Of a DNA stretch of 64,000 nt, positions 1 to 10,577 are shown in pieces. The position numbers and the translations under genes were made by a program. The stretch spans positions 2,080,001-2,144,000 of the forward strand of contig CAXXJJ010000004.1 of the NCBI GenBank assembly GCA_963667015.2, written 5' to 3'. The notes beneath the pieces are model-generated. The model ran no database searches, was not told where the DNA came from, and saw only the letters and a list, made by a program, of their open reading frames with translations. Origin of the DNA: Desulfatiglandales bacterium. Its GTDB lineage: Bacteria > Desulfobacterota > DSM-4660 > Desulfatiglandales > HGW-15. Each line of letters starts with the position of its first letter. The stretch's first letter is position 1.

Positions 1-25
1 ATTAATTCAATCCACAATATATAAT

Positions 26-1198
26 ATGGAAAACAAATCAAATATTAACAGAAAAAACCAGCTTAAATCGGCCCGACGCATTGTAATAAAAGCCGGGAGC
101 GGCATACTTACCGGCAAAGACGGCCTTAACAGGAACACGATTAATAATATAACAAACGACATATGCGACTTAAGGTCAAAAGGATTTGAGATTATTCTTG
201 TCTCATCCGGAGCTATTTCTGCCGGTTTAAAAAAAGTGGGTTACTCAAAAAGACCTGAGGCCATATCCGAAAAACAGGCCATGGCGGCAATCGGTCAGGG
301 CAGGCTTATGAATGCATATGAAAAGGCCTTTGCCCGTCATGGCTATACTGTAGCCCAGATACTCATTACAAGGGATGATCTTAATAACAGACGCCGCTAC
401 CTGAATGCCCGGAATACGATCTTTACACTTTTATCATGGGGAATAATCCCTATAATAAACGAAAACGACACAGTAGTCATTGATGAGATAAAATTTGGAG
501 ACAATGACAATCTCAGTGCCATGGTAGCAAATATGACAGATTCAAATCTGCTTATCAACCTGACAGATATCGACGGATTATTCGATGATGATCCCAGGAC
601 AAATAAAAAAGCGAGATTGATACCTGTTATAGAAAAGATAGATAACACTATTTTTAATTTTGCCAGTTCTACACCAGGGGCGCTGGGAACAGGAGGAATG
701 GCAAGCAAAATAACCGCAGCGAAAAAAGCCACTTTGAAAGGGATTCCTGTAGTCATAGCAAATGGCAGAAAAAGGGGTATTATAAAAAGAATAATACAGG
801 GTGAAGATGCCGGCACACTCTTCACACCGCAAACCATGGCTATTTGCGGACGCAAACACTGGATCGCCTTTTCAAGGGCAATTAAAGGTAAAATAATTAT
901 TGACCAGGGTGCAGTAAGGGCATTGATGAAGAATGGAAAAAGTCTTCTTCCGTCAGGTGTAGTTGAGGTTACAGGAAGATTTAACAGAGGTGATTCAGTA
1001 CAGGTTGTGGATCATCAGGGAAAAGAGATTGCAATTGGAATGGTTGACTACAACTCGGTTGATCTGGATAAAATAAAAGGATTAAACAGCAGCAAAATCG
1101 AACCATCACTGGGCTATAAACATAATGATGAGGTAATCCATAGAGATAACCTGGTAATAATCTACGGAATTGAAAACGGAGATGAGGCATGTCAGTAA
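26..1198 (+). CDS. proB: glutamate 5-kinase
   Basis: Amino-acid kinase motifs [38 protein letters not shown]-terminal PUA domain; overlaps proA start. Confidence 0.97.
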   Translation: MENKSNINRKNQLKSARRIVIKAGSGILTGKDGLNRNTINNITNDICDLRSKGFEIILVSSGAISAGLKKVGYSKRPEAISEKQAMAAIGQGRLMNAYEKAFARHGYTVAQILITRDDLNNRRRYLNARNTIFTLLSWGIIPIINENDTVVIDEIKFGDNDNLSAMVANMTDSNLLINLTDIDGLFDDDPRTNKKARLIPVIEKIDNTIFNFASSTPGALGTGGMASKITAAKKATLKGIPVVIANGRKRGIIKRIIQGEDAGTLFTPQTMAICGRKHWIAFSRAIKGKIIIDQGAVRALMKNGKSLLPSGVVEVTGRFNRGDSVQVVDHQGKEIAIGMVDYNSVDLDKIKGLNSSKIEPSLGYKHNDEVIHRDNLVIIYGIENGDEACQ

Positions 1199-2445
1199 AA
1201 CAAATGATAAATGAGATTGCAGTAGCAGCAAAGGAGGCATCAAGGAGCCTTAGAACCATAAAGAGGAACGAAAAAGATGCTGCACTTGAATCAATCGCTA
1301 AAAAGCTGATTGAAAGAAAAAACGATATCCAGTCTGAGAATAAAAAGGATCTTGATGCTGCCATAGTAAAAGGGTTGAGCCCTGCAATGATTGACAGACT
1401 CACACTCAGTGACAAGACCATTAACTCAATGGTCGACGGGCTTAAAGAGGTAATGTTGCTTCCTGACCCGGTTGGAGAGGTAACCGGGATGTGGAAACGT
1501 CCCAACAATCTTCTCGCCGGCAAGGTCAGGATTCCTCTGGGGGTTATCGGGTTTATTTACGAATCCAGACCTAACGTAACGGTTGATGCGGCAAGCCTTT
1601 GTCTGAAATCCGGTAATGCAGTTATATTAAAGGGAGGTTCAGAGGCAATACATTCAAATTTAATACTTGCCGAGATAATAAAAGAGTCGCTTGAGGAAAA
1701 CAAACTTCCAGGGAAAGCGGTACAGGTAATTCCAACTACGGACAGACAAGCCACAACGGAGCTTTTATTATGTGATGAACTGATAGATGTAATTATTCCC
1801 AGAGGCGGTGAAGGATTGATCCGTTTTGTCAGTGAGAATTCCAGGATACCTGTCCTGAAACACTACAAGGGAGTATGCCATGCATATGTTGATAAATTTG
1901 CAGATATCAGGACAGCAATAGATATCTGTGTAAACTCAAAGGCACAAAGACCCGGGGTCTGCAATGCGCTGGAGACAATGCTGGTGCATGAAGAAATCGC
2001 CGGAGATTTTTTACCTGAAGCGGCAGAGGCATTTTTAAAGGCAGGTGTAGAACTCAGGGGATGCGAAAAGACAAGGAGTATCATTCCCGATATAACTCCG
2101 GCAACCGAAGAAGACTGGCCTGCCGAATTTCTGGATCTGATACTTGCAGTAAAAACAGTAAGCAGTATGGAAGAGGCATGCATCCACATAGATAAATACG
2201 GATCGAATCATACTGAGACAATAATCACAAAGGATTACGCAAGGGCCAGAAAATTTCTTGAACAGGTGGACTCATCAGTTGTCCTGGTGAATGCATCAAC
2301 CAGGTTCAATGACGGCAACCAGCTTGGGCTTGGAGCTGAAATAGGAATAAATACTTCCAAACTTCATGCATTCGGCCCCATGGGACTGGAAGAATTGACA
2401 ACAACAAAATTTATTGTTTATGGTGACGGTCAGATCAGGGAATAG
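1189..2445 (+). CDS. proA: glutamate-5-semialdehyde dehydrogenase (gamma-glutamyl phosphate reductase)
   Basis: [53 protein letters not shown] motifs. Confidence 0.97.
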   Translation: MSVKQMINEIAVAAKEASRSLRTIKRNEKDAALESIAKKLIERKNDIQSENKKDLDAAIVKGLSPAMIDRLTLSDKTINSMVDGLKEVMLLPDPVGEVTGMWKRPNNLLAGKVRIPLGVIGFIYESRPNVTVDAASLCLKSGNAVILKGGSEAIHSNLILAEIIKESLEENKLPGKAVQVIPTTDRQATTELLLCDELIDVIIPRGGEGLIRFVSENSRIPVLKHYKGVCHAYVDKFADIRTAIDICVNSKAQRPGVCNALETMLVHEEIAGDFLPEAAEAFLKAGVELRGCEKTRSIIPDITPATEEDWPAEFLDLILAVKTVSSMEEACIHIDKYGSNHTETIITKDYARARKFLEQVDSSVVLVNASTRFNDGNQLGLGAEIGINTSKLHAFGPMGLEELTTTKFIVYGDGQIRE

Positions 2446-2457
2446 GAGGATTTTCAT

Positions 2458-3111
2458 TTGAGAATTGGCATACTGGGTGGGACATTTGACCCCATTCATT
2501 CCGGACATCTCAGGCTGGCAGAAGAAATGCGCGAAGAGCTTGATCTGTCAAAGGTACTTCTAATGCCGGGTGCACAACCTCCACATAAGAACAGCCCTCT
2601 GGTGGCTCCTTTTCCTGACCGGCTTGAAATGACAAAGATCGGGGCAGCTTGTTCCGAGCTCCTTGAGGCATGCGATATAGAAGGTCACAGGAAAGGCCCC
2701 TCATATTCCATAGAAACGATCAGGATAATCCGTGAAATATATGGCAATCAGCTAGAATTGTTTTTTATCCTGGGAAGTGATGCATTTAGAGAGATAACTA
2801 CATGGAAGGAATATAAAGGTCTTTTTCAGATAACCAACTTTGTTGTGATTGAAAGGCCTGGTATCACGCTTGATGAACTGGGCACTTTTATAAAATCACT
2901 TGGAATGGATTTTAAGGAGGAAAGCCCCGGAAATTTTATAAACTCATCCGGAAATCATATTTTATTTAGAAAAACGACTTTAATGGACATCTCATCCACT
3001 AAAATTCGTCAAAATATCATGACCGGTAAATCAATTAATTTTTTGGTACCTCAAAAAGTAAAAAAGTATATTATCAAGAAGGGATTATATAAAAAAAATG
3101 AAGTCGCTTGA
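2458..3111 (+). CDS. nadD: nicotinate-nucleotide adenylyltransferase
   Basis: GGTFDPIHSGH (HxGH) and DISSTKIR motifs; TTG start after AGGAGG; usual proA-nadD-rsfS order. Confidence 0.95.
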   Translation: MRIGILGGTFDPIHSGHLRLAEEMREELDLSKVLLMPGAQPPHKNSPLVAPFPDRLEMTKIGAACSELLEACDIEGHRKGPSYSIETIRIIREIYGNQLELFFILGSDAFREITTWKEYKGLFQITNFVVIERPGITLDELGTFIKSLGMDFKEESPGNFINSSGNHILFRKTTLMDISSTKIRQNIMTGKSINFLVPQKVKKYIIKKGLYKKNEVA

Positions 3112-3463
3112 CAAAGCATTACTTGCTGCAGATATTATTATGGAACGAAAAGCCGTTGAACCTGTCTTATTTAATGTAGGTGAAATGTCTTCCTTTACGG
3201 ACTATTTCCTTATCGCAGGTGGAAACTCCACACGCCAGGTTCAATCCATGGCGCGCCACCTTGAAAAAAGGATGAAAGAAAACAGGTTCAAATCCTATGG
3301 CACGGAAGGCGAACTTGAAGGACAGTGGATATTAATGGATTATGGAGACCTGATAATCCACCTTTTTTATCAACCCGTCAGAGAACTCTATGACCTGGAA
3401 GGTCTCTGGATGGAAGCACCAAGGATAGAAATCGAAAACAATGACCTCCCTGATAAAGAATAA
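3098..3463 (+). CDS. rsfS: ribosome silencing factor
   Basis: TDYFLIAGG, WILMDYGDLIIHLF, YDLEGLW motifs; follows nadD. Confidence 0.95.
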   Translation: MKSLDKALLAADIIMERKAVEPVLFNVGEMSSFTDYFLIAGGNSTRQVQSMARHLEKRMKENRFKSYGTEGELEGQWILMDYGDLIIHLFYQPVRELYDLEGLWMEAPRIEIENNDLPDKE

Positions 3464-4949
3464 ATTTTGCATCATTACATTGATTATTCTCTTTATCCTG
3501 TCACAGCAGAGTACACTCATGGCCCTTTCAATTGAACAGGAGGCAAAAGAAGGGGAAAAATTTATCGCAGAGGTAAAAAAACACCTTGAACTGGTAGACG
3601 ACCCCTTTTTAAATGATTTCATAAATGATTTAGGCCAATTCATTGTAAAAGCCGTTGAAACCAGACCTTTTAATTTTAATTTCTATATAATAAGAAATGA
3701 AGAACTGAATGCCTTTGCCGGTCCCGGCGGACATATTTTCATTCATACTGGGCTTATCAGGGCAATGGACGATCTTGATGAACTTGCCTCGGTAATGAGT
3801 CACGAAATAGCCCATGTATCGAAACGCCATATCTCTCAGCAGGTGGAACAGGCTACAAAACTGGGATACGGGACATTACTGGGTCTGCTGGCAGGAATCC
3901 TTATCGGGGGGAGTGATACATCTGAGGCCGTAATGGTAGGAACCCTTGCAGCAGCTCAACAGAAACAACTCAGCTACAGCAGAGATGCTGAACGCCAGGC
4001 TGATCAGGCAGGATTTAAATACGCTGCAAAATCAGGTTTTAACCCCGCAGCCATAAAAAGTGCACTATCGAAGCTCCAGAGGGGTAATTTTGGGGCAAAT
4101 AAGATTCCGGCATACCTTCTTACTCACCCGGTTGGTCCTGAAAGGATATCAAATATTGAATCAATGCTTTCTTCTCCTTATGTTGTTGAGGGAGGTAAAG
4201 CCAAGACTATTCAATTTCGAAAACTATACCCTATCTTTAGAACTATAATAATGGCAAAATATGAAGACAGGGATGAAATGATTAATTATTTTACATCCGA
4301 ATTAACAAAATCCCCTGATTCTCCCCTGGAAAACCTCGGGATGGGTATTGTTTTGAAGGAGAGCGGCGAGCACTCAAAGGCGATAGATCATCTTAAGAAG
4401 GCAATAAGGAGTCTTGTCGATCCCCAACCTGTATTGAGGTATCTGAGTGAGGCATACCTGTTTAATGATGAACCTGAAATGGCAATCTCCACCCTTCGGG
4501 AGGCATTAAAAAATAACGGCAATGATAAGCCAAGTTTGTATACTCTGGCGAAAACATACCAGAAAATCGAGGAGTACAACAAGGCTATCGATATATATGA
4601 AAAACTGAAACTTATGGAACCTGTTGAAGATTCTGTCTTTTACAACCTCGGGTATTCCTATGGGAAAGAAAATAAGCTGGGGCCTGCACATTATAATTTC
4701 GGCCTTTTTTATGAACGATTAAGAAATATGAAAGAAGCCGGTTTTCATTTTAGAGAAGCAAAGAAAAAAACCGTAGATAATCCCGCTCTATTGAAAAAGA
4801 TAGATGAGTCTATAGAGAAAATAGATGAAGAAGATAAAGATAAGGATAAAAAAAGAACAACAGAAGATCCGGATGCCCCAGGATTGCGGCAATACCCTCA
4901 TCAATTAGAATACAAAAACCATCAGGAGCATTTATTCTTTAATAAATAA
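3441..4949 (+). CDS. M48 family metalloprotease with C-terminal TPR repeats (BepA/YfgC-like)
   Basis: N-terminal signal peptide; NAFAGPGG, HEIAH zinc motif, YSRDAERQAD, YLLTHP; TPR-like helical C-terminus. Confidence 0.9.
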   Translation: MTSLIKNKFCIITLIILFILSQQSTLMALSIEQEAKEGEKFIAEVKKHLELVDDPFLNDFINDLGQFIVKAVETRPFNFNFYIIRNEELNAFAGPGGHIFIHTGLIRAMDDLDELASVMSHEIAHVSKRHISQQVEQATKLGYGTLLGLLAGILIGGSDTSEAVMVGTLAAAQQKQLSYSRDAERQADQAGFKYAAKSGFNPAAIKSALSKLQRGNFGANKIPAYLLTHPVGPERISNIESMLSSPYVVEGGKAKTIQFRKLYPIFRTIIMAKYEDRDEMINYFTSELTKSPDSPLENLGMGIVLKESGEHSKAIDHLKKAIRSLVDPQPVLRYLSEAYLFNDEPEMAISTLREALKNNGNDKPSLYTLAKTYQKIEEYNKAIDIYEKLKLMEPVEDSVFYNLGYSYGKENKLGPAHYNFGLFYERLRNMKEAGFHFREAKKKTVDNPALLKKIDESIEKIDEEDKDKDKKRTTEDPDAPGLRQYPHQLEYKNHQEHLFFNK

Positions 4950-6445
4950 TCTGCAATCCTGTCTGAAGCTGCCATATTAGGGACAATACCATTAGTAAAA
5001 AAATGAACACCCCGAGTTATTTCTCCAAGGGCAAAGAGGCCGGGAATCCTGTTCCCATTTTTCCCTCTTACCTCACTTGTGTTGAAATCCGCATAAATTC
5101 CTCCATTGGGATGAGGCGCTATTACCCCCTTGTCCAGGAGTCTATTTAGCAAAGGATTATTGAATTTAGCTACATCCAGCCCCTGGCCTGTGGCGTTAAT
5201 TATTACGGAGGTTTCCAGAGTATAGGGAACACCAAATCGTGTACTCACATCGATTTCAAAACCATTATTACCACAAGTTCGAGCACACATACATCCGGAT
5301 TGAATATCGAGTTGGCCCGTTTTGAGTGCATCCAGAATTTTTCTTGCATTAAAAAGCGGCATTGGATGCCTGTATACAGTCCAGAAAGTCTTGTACTCTC
5401 TTTCGAAGATCCTTCTGTCTTCAATGGACATGTTGTCCCATATATATCCGGTCAATGGGCCTGCAGTTGTTAATGCGGCCTGATATGGAATAATTCCTTC
5501 CTCAGCCCTTGAGATATCCTTTTCAAGTATCCGCTTTATTGAGCCCTGAGGATTAAAAATCCGCAGCCAGTCAATTTTTTTTCCTTCCGCTTCTTCCATC
5601 TCTTTAAAAAACAGCTCTTTTACTAAATTAAAGGGAATATTCTCGTTATTCAATTCTGCTAAGATACGGGAGAATTCATCTTTTTTTAGATATTTTAATT
5701 GATAATCAAAGGATCCGCCCTGTACCTTCGGTAAAAATCCGCGCCTTGAAATAAATGTAATTTTCCCCCGGTGCCCACACGCCTGAAGAGTAAAAAATGT
5801 GTCAATGGCACTTAAACCAGTGCCAAGGATACAAACCGGGTTATCATTTGGAATATTTTCTTTTATTGCCTTTACCGGCCATGGATAAGGAATATAGCCC
5901 TTGATGCCCTTCAACTCATTAAGAAAAGAGCTGGGGAAATTACCCGGGGCAAGAACTACATTATCTACTGATATCAGATTTCCGTCTGCCATCTTTACCT
6001 GAATAAAACTTCCATTATGTTCAATATCAACGACTTCTCCGCGGATGAGGTCCAGGGAACACGGGCTGGAAGCGGTTTTCTTCATTGTAGATTCAAGAAT
6101 ATATTTCAGGTATCTGCCATAAATATTTCTCGGTGGATAATTTATGTCATACTTTTCGCAATTTACATCATTGAAAGAGGCATCACCCTGATCTCTGAGC
6201 CATTCTACAAAGTGAAGAGGATTATTTTTTTCAATGCCAAGAGTGTCTGCCCTCATGTTCAGGATATGAGAAGATAGAGGAGAGCTATAGGCAAGCCCGG
6301 GACCGAAATCAGGACCTTTCTCGATTAAAAAAACAGTTACGCCCACATCAGATTCATTGCATGCCTTTTCAATAATCTGGTTTGCCAAAATCGTTCCGCT
6401 TGCACCTGCACCTATTATTGCAACCGATGTTTTTCCAATATTCAT
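4922..6445 (-). CDS. FAD/NAD(P)-binding protein (YdhS-like)
   Basis: IIGAGASG Rossmann motif, GPGLAY...HILN, ILGTGLSAID, LFALGEITRG; ATG 6445 preferred over TTG 6463. Confidence 0.8.
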   Translation of the reverse strand: MNIGKTSVAIIGAGASGTILANQIIEKACNESDVGVTVFLIEKGPDFGPGLAYSSPLSSHILNMRADTLGIEKNNPLHFVEWLRDQGDASFNDVNCEKYDINYPPRNIYGRYLKYILESTMKKTASSPCSLDLIRGEVVDIEHNGSFIQVKMADGNLISVDNVVLAPGNFPSSFLNELKGIKGYIPYPWPVKAIKENIPNDNPVCILGTGLSAIDTFFTLQACGHRGKITFISRRGFLPKVQGGSFDYQLKYLKKDEFSRILAELNNENIPFNLVKELFFKEMEEAEGKKIDWLRIFNPQGSIKRILEKDISRAEEGIIPYQAALTTAGPLTGYIWDNMSIEDRRIFEREYKTFWTVYRHPMPLFNARKILDALKTGQLDIQSGCMCARTCGNNGFEIDVSTRFGVPYTLETSVIINATGQGLDVAKFNNPLLNRLLDKGVIAPHPNGGIYADFNTSEVRGKNGNRIPGLFALGEITRGVHFFTNGIVPNMAASDRIADYLLKNKCS

Positions 6446-6508
6446 AAGATTGCCCCTTTTCAATTAAATATCGCCTGAGATAAAATCTGTTTACCTGAGT
6501 TTACTGCA

Positions 6509-7123
6509 TTAACGCCTGAGCTCCCTGGCCTTCTCAAAATCTGTATCAGCATCTTTAACTTCTCCCATGGCCTGATGAATGAGGCCTCTGTTAAAATAAA
6601 GATCGGGATCTTCATTATCAAGTTTAATGGCATTATTATAATCTTCAAGTGCCTCCCCGGATTTACCTAATTGCAGATAGGCATTCCCCCGGTTACAATA
6701 AGCATCTGTCATTTCAGGGTTTATTCGTATTGCTTGAGAAAAATCTGAAATTGCGTCATCATATTTTTTTTCCTTAAGAAATATCAGGCCCCTGTTAAAA
6801 TAGGCATCAGCATAATTGCTGTCGAGTTCCAGAGCATTGGAATAGTCTTTTTCAGCTAATTTATAGTTCCCCATCTCGGCATAGATCCATCCCCGGTTAT
6901 AGTATATATCAGCGGTTTCAAATCCCATCTTTAATAATATATTTGTCTTTTTTAATTCTGAATCCAGATTGACTACCCTATCATCTATATTATCCACAGA
7001 AGGATCGGGAATGGTTTGATTATTTTCCTGATATCCCTTCATTATCATCTGATAGAGTATGAAATAGATAAAACCAAATAAAACAATGAAAAGGGTAACC
7101 TTTTTAATTAAAGAATGATCCAC
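6509..7123 (-). CDS. membrane-anchored tetratricopeptide repeat protein
   Basis: One N-terminal TM helix, then four TPRs (AY(F/Y/C)NRG...A..D(Y/F)..A). Confidence 0.88.
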   Translation of the reverse strand: MDHSLIKKVTLFIVLFGFIYFILYQMIMKGYQENNQTIPDPSVDNIDDRVVNLDSELKKTNILLKMGFETADIYYNRGWIYAEMGNYKLAEKDYSNALELDSNYADAYFNRGLIFLKEKKYDDAISDFSQAIRINPEMTDAYCNRGNAYLQLGKSGEALEDYNNAIKLDNEDPDLYFNRGLIHQAMGEVKDADTDFEKARELRR

Positions 7124-7158
7124 TTCATTTCACCTGCCAGGTTCTTTTAAAATATCAT

Positions 7159-7731
7159 TTAATCCACATGCACCAGTATATCATCCAGTGACCGTTTGGG
7201 AACATGATGAATACCGTTCCCGTCGCGCCAGTATTTCACACTGCCATCATTTTCCATCTCTTCTAGCTTAACATCTTCCCCCACCCTGCCTATTGCTATT
7301 ATATGCAGTATTTCATATTTTTCAGGAATATTCAGTTTTTCAATGATATTTTTTCTGTCAACCGCCCCAATTATACAGCAACCTAGTCCAATCTCTGCAG
7401 CACCCAGGAGGATATTCTGTGTAGCAATTCCATGATCACATCCAAAGGAATTTGATATGGACCGGTCTCCCATGACAACAATGTATGCGGAAGGACGTTC
7501 ACCCTTAAGAGGCCCCTTCCATTCCTTGAGATAACCCGCCCACATAAGATTCGGGAATATTATATCATTCATTTTTTCCTTAAAGGAAATAATATACTTT
7601 AGAGGCTGCAGGTTTGCGGCTGATGCTGACAACCTTGCAATATCAATAAGGTAAAGCAATGTCTCTTCACTTATGGGTTCCTCAATAAAACGTCTTATAC
7701 TTCTGGTTTTTATTACAAGTTCTTTTATCAT
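7159..7731 (-). CDS. nitroreductase family protein
   Basis: TRSIRRF, ARLSASAANLQP, DHGIATQNILLGA, HHVPKRSL. Confidence 0.9.
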   Translation of the reverse strand: MIKELVIKTRSIRRFIEEPISEETLLYLIDIARLSASAANLQPLKYIISFKEKMNDIIFPNLMWAGYLKEWKGPLKGERPSAYIVVMGDRSISNSFGCDHGIATQNILLGAAEIGLGCCIIGAVDRKNIIEKLNIPEKYEILHIIAIGRVGEDVKLEEMENDGSVKYWRDGNGIHHVPKRSLDDILVHVD

Positions 7732-7827
7732 TTCTTATATCCTCCATCTTTTAAAGTTATTTCACTATCAGGAATGCATAACAATAACAGTAAATCCTGT
7801 AAGGTTTTTCGGGGATCTGATAAAATG

Positions 7828-7866
7828 TGCACATCTTTATGTGCGCCATGCACATTTTTATGTGCA
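7828..7866. promoter_or_regulatory. tandem 18-bp palindromic activator (bEBP/NtrC-like UAS) sites
   Basis: TGCACATCTTTATGTGCG-CCA-TGCACATTTTTATGTGCA; same architecture at 40467-40505. Confidence 0.65.
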
Positions 7867-8020
7867 TTTTTTAAGTTTTTGCAATACTTCTCCGGCAAAA
7901 AATTATCCAGTAATTAACACCAAAGGACATCAACTGGCGACAACCTTATAAAATATTGATTTCATTAACTAATTACACATTAAAAATAATCATAAAAACA
8001 AGAATCAAAAACCTCTAAAC

Positions 8021-8036
8021 TGGCATAAATATTGTA
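8021..8036 (+). promoter_or_regulatory. putative sigma54 (-24/-12) promoter
   Basis: TGGCATAAATATTGTA vs consensus TGGCACG-N4-TTGCW; the -12 element is GT rather than GC; about 155 bp downstream of the UAS pair. Confidence 0.55.
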
Positions 8037-8046
8037 TTGTTAATTC

Positions 8047-8186
8047 AATGAACACATTGTGACCTGATTCATTAAAAGACTTTTCATAGAAAAGGTAAGG
8101 AGACTAAACTTTTAATAAATAGACTATATGTGTTCACCCTCCCGAAACCCATCTTCTTGTTTGCAGGAAGATGGGTTTTTATTTTT
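8047..8186 (+). ncRNA. candidate sigma54-dependent small RNA
   Basis: Lies between the sigma54-like promoter and an intrinsic terminator; no credible ORF; TGAACACAT (8049-8057) pairs with ATGTGTTCA (8128-8136); C-rich linker CCCTCCCG. Confidence 0.5.
8145..8186 (+). terminator. intrinsic terminator
   Basis: AAACCCATCTTCTTG...CAGGAAGATGGGTTT hairpin followed by TTATTTTT. Confidence 0.8.
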
Positions 8187-8335
8187 CAGGGCATTCAATT
8201 TTTCGCTTTCTGAAGCCAAATACTATTTAGCATATATTGAGGAATGATGAAATAAAATACCAATATATAGCATTTTATGATTGACATATACATTTTTTTC
8301 CTTTATGAAATTTGAAAATAATATCTAATGGAAGG

Positions 8336-8495
8336 TGCTTCAAATATTTATCCAAGGTGATATCTCTAAGGTCCTTCTGGTTAAAATGAATCAGCAGCAG
8401 TGAAAAACATTTTTTACATTTATACTAATAGCTCTTCCTAAAATCGAAAATGATATAGATACAGCCGATATCACCTTGGAAAAATATTTGAAGCA
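8336..8495. repeat. 160-bp element bounded by 29-bp inverted repeats (MITE-like or invertible segment)
   Basis: TGCTTCAAATATTTATCCAAGGTGATATC (8336-8364) vs GATATCACCTTGGAAAAATATTTGAAGCA (8467-8495), 1 mismatch. Confidence 0.75.
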
Positions 8496-8676
8496 TGTAT
8501 TGCCTCTCCTGCCTGCTACTTGCACACCGAATAGATACATTATAATTTAGAATAATAACTTTTTCTTTCTCAACATTTTTTGCCGGTTATCCGTTTAAGC
8601 TTTAAAATCCAAACTCCCTTTGATTTTTCATCTTTCTCTTGTTATATATATTTTCAATTCAAACAAGGAAAATAAT

Positions 8677-10572
8677 ATGGCAGAAACCGGTAATACACGC
8701 GAAGCCTGGGGCTCCAGAGGAGCATTTGTCCTCGCAGCAATAGGATCAGCGGTCGGACTGGGTAATCTCTGGGGATTCCCATACAAATTGTTTGTAGGCG
8801 GAGGAGGAGCATTCCTCATTCCATACCTTATTGCCATGGTTGTTATAGGGTTCCCTCTTCTTGTCATGGAATTCAGTGTGGGACACTGGGCCCAAAGCTC
8901 ACCCCCTGGTGCATTTGGGCGCGTTGTCAGAAAGTACCGGGTTGTAGGATGGTGGTTAGTAGCATTGGCTTTTGTTATTATCACTTACTACGTCGTTATC
9001 CTCGGTTACTCGCTAGTCATGCTATGGGACAGTGTTATGGGCCTTTTTGGTCATGCGCTTCCCTGGGCTTCAGGTACAGGCGCTGATGGAGTCAATGCAG
9101 CTAAAGAAGCCTTTTTCACGGATATGCTTGGGTATGAGGAAACTCTTTCATTCGGCGCTTTACGCATCCCCGTAGTCATTAGCATGCTGGCCAGTTGGGC
9201 ACTTATCTATTTCTGTCTGTTCAGAGGTGTGAAATGGGTCAGTAAAGTTGTGCTGATTACGGTACCGCTTCCCTGGTTAATGCTTTTCATTCTGGCTGTA
9301 CGGGGGGTAACCCTTGAAGGCGCTACAACAGGTCTTTCGTTTTATCTCAATCCTGACTGGTCCAAACTCGCTGAAGCCGATACATGGCGACTGGCCTTTA
9401 CACAGGTATTTTTCTCATTAAGCCTTGGATTCGCAGTCATGCTATCATATGCGTCTTTTTTACATCGCAAATCCGATCTCAATAACAATGCAGCGATCAT
9501 CGGGCTTGGAGACCTGGCCACTTCTTTTATCGCCGGAATTGCAGTTTTCGCAACTCTCGGAAATATGGCGATGCTGATTAATGTCCCGGTTGACAAAGCG
9601 GTTGCAGCTGGTCCGGGCCTTGCTTTTGCTGTTTATCCTTATGCCCTGGCACAGCTTCCAACCGGTGCGGCAGCCTTCAGTCTATTATTTTTTATTGCTC
9701 TGCTTACACTCGGAATCGATTCGGCGTTTTCAATTGTTGAAGCCGTACAGGCGACCATTAATGATAACAAAACCGCCACATGGAGAAAAAACTGGACTCT
9801 TCCGTTGATCTGTCTTATAGGAGCCGCAACCAGCTTAATTTATACATCTGGAAAAGGTGGACTTAACTGGCTCGGAATAGTTGATGATCAGATTAATGGC
9901 CCTTTTGGTATCTTATCTGTTGCCCTTGCCGAATGTCTGGTTGTCGGGTATGCATGGAAAGGTGAGTTTCTCATAAAGATGCGGCAACATGCCAATGAAC
10001 GGTCCGACTGGAATCTTGGAATCTGGTGGGATATTGTTATTCGTTATATTGCGCCTGCTTGTCTGCTCAGCCTTATATGCTGGAGCATAAGTGATTTTGT
10101 TACTGATAAAATCTGGCTTTCACCGGAGTTTTTAAAAAGTGTAGGAGATTCTACCGTTCGGGAAGGATATGCATGGAACAGCAAGATTGTTACATTATGC
10201 GGATACATCTTTTTTATGGTGATACCGGTATTTTTCTTTTTTATACGAAGAAAAAGAACAGTGGAACCCAATGAAAAAAATACTGGTCCATTATGGCCTA
10301 TTTTTACATTACCTCCACTTGCCGCAATTATTGGAGTTATTTCAGGTCTAATTCGACTGTCCAAGATTAAGGCTGAACTTCTTGCATCAAAAGCAGCTTC
10401 TGAAGTTAATAATGTGACGAGTTCAACAGCCACATTCGAGCCACAGCAACTGGGTAATGCCGCATATATTGTTCTGGCAGTAGCCTTCCTGATTATTTTT
10501 GGTGGACTTATATGGTGTTTCTGGAGAGCAATGCAGGCGGCAGGAAAAAGCGATACTGAGTTATCAGATTAA
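8677..10572 (+). CDS. sodium-dependent transporter, NSS (neurotransmitter:sodium symporter) family, with C-terminal extension
   Basis: REAWGSR, GSAVGLGNLWGFPY, GGGAFLIPY, QVFFSLSLGF, GPGLAF motifs; ATG 8677 follows AAGGA. Confidence 0.93.
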   Translation: MAETGNTREAWGSRGAFVLAAIGSAVGLGNLWGFPYKLFVGGGGAFLIPYLIAMVVIGFPLLVMEFSVGHWAQSSPPGAFGRVVRKYRVVGWWLVALAFVIITYYVVILGYSLVMLWDSVMGLFGHALPWASGTGADGVNAAKEAFFTDMLGYEETLSFGALRIPVVISMLASWALIYFCLFRGVKWVSKVVLITVPLPWLMLFILAVRGVTLEGATTGLSFYLNPDWSKLAEADTWRLAFTQVFFSLSLGFAVMLSYASFLHRKSDLNNNAAIIGLGDLATSFIAGIAVFATLGNMAMLINVPVDKAVAAGPGLAFAVYPYALAQLPTGAAAFSLLFFIALLTLGIDSAFSIVEAVQATINDNKTATWRKNWTLPLICLIGAATSLIYTSGKGGLNWLGIVDDQINGPFGILSVALAECLVVGYAWKGEFLIKMRQHANERSDWNLGIWWDIVIRYIAPACLLSLICWSISDFVTDKIWLSPEFLKSVGDSTVREGYAWNSKIVTLCGYIFFMVIPVFFFFIRRKRTVEPNEKNTGPLWPIFTLPPLAAIIGVISGLIRLSKIKAELLASKAASEVNNVTSSTATFEPQQLGNAAYIVLAVAFLIIFGGLIWCFWRAMQAAGKSDTELSD

Positions 10573-10577
10573 GTAAT

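Noticed and set aside
7673..7951. 92-aa ORF (and similarly 40417-40662)
   Set aside because: No RBS or protein-like composition; both overlap the palindromic regulatory sites.
8310..8500. 6S RNA
   Set aside because: The outer stem is near-perfect and the AT-rich core shows no second stem or central bubble.
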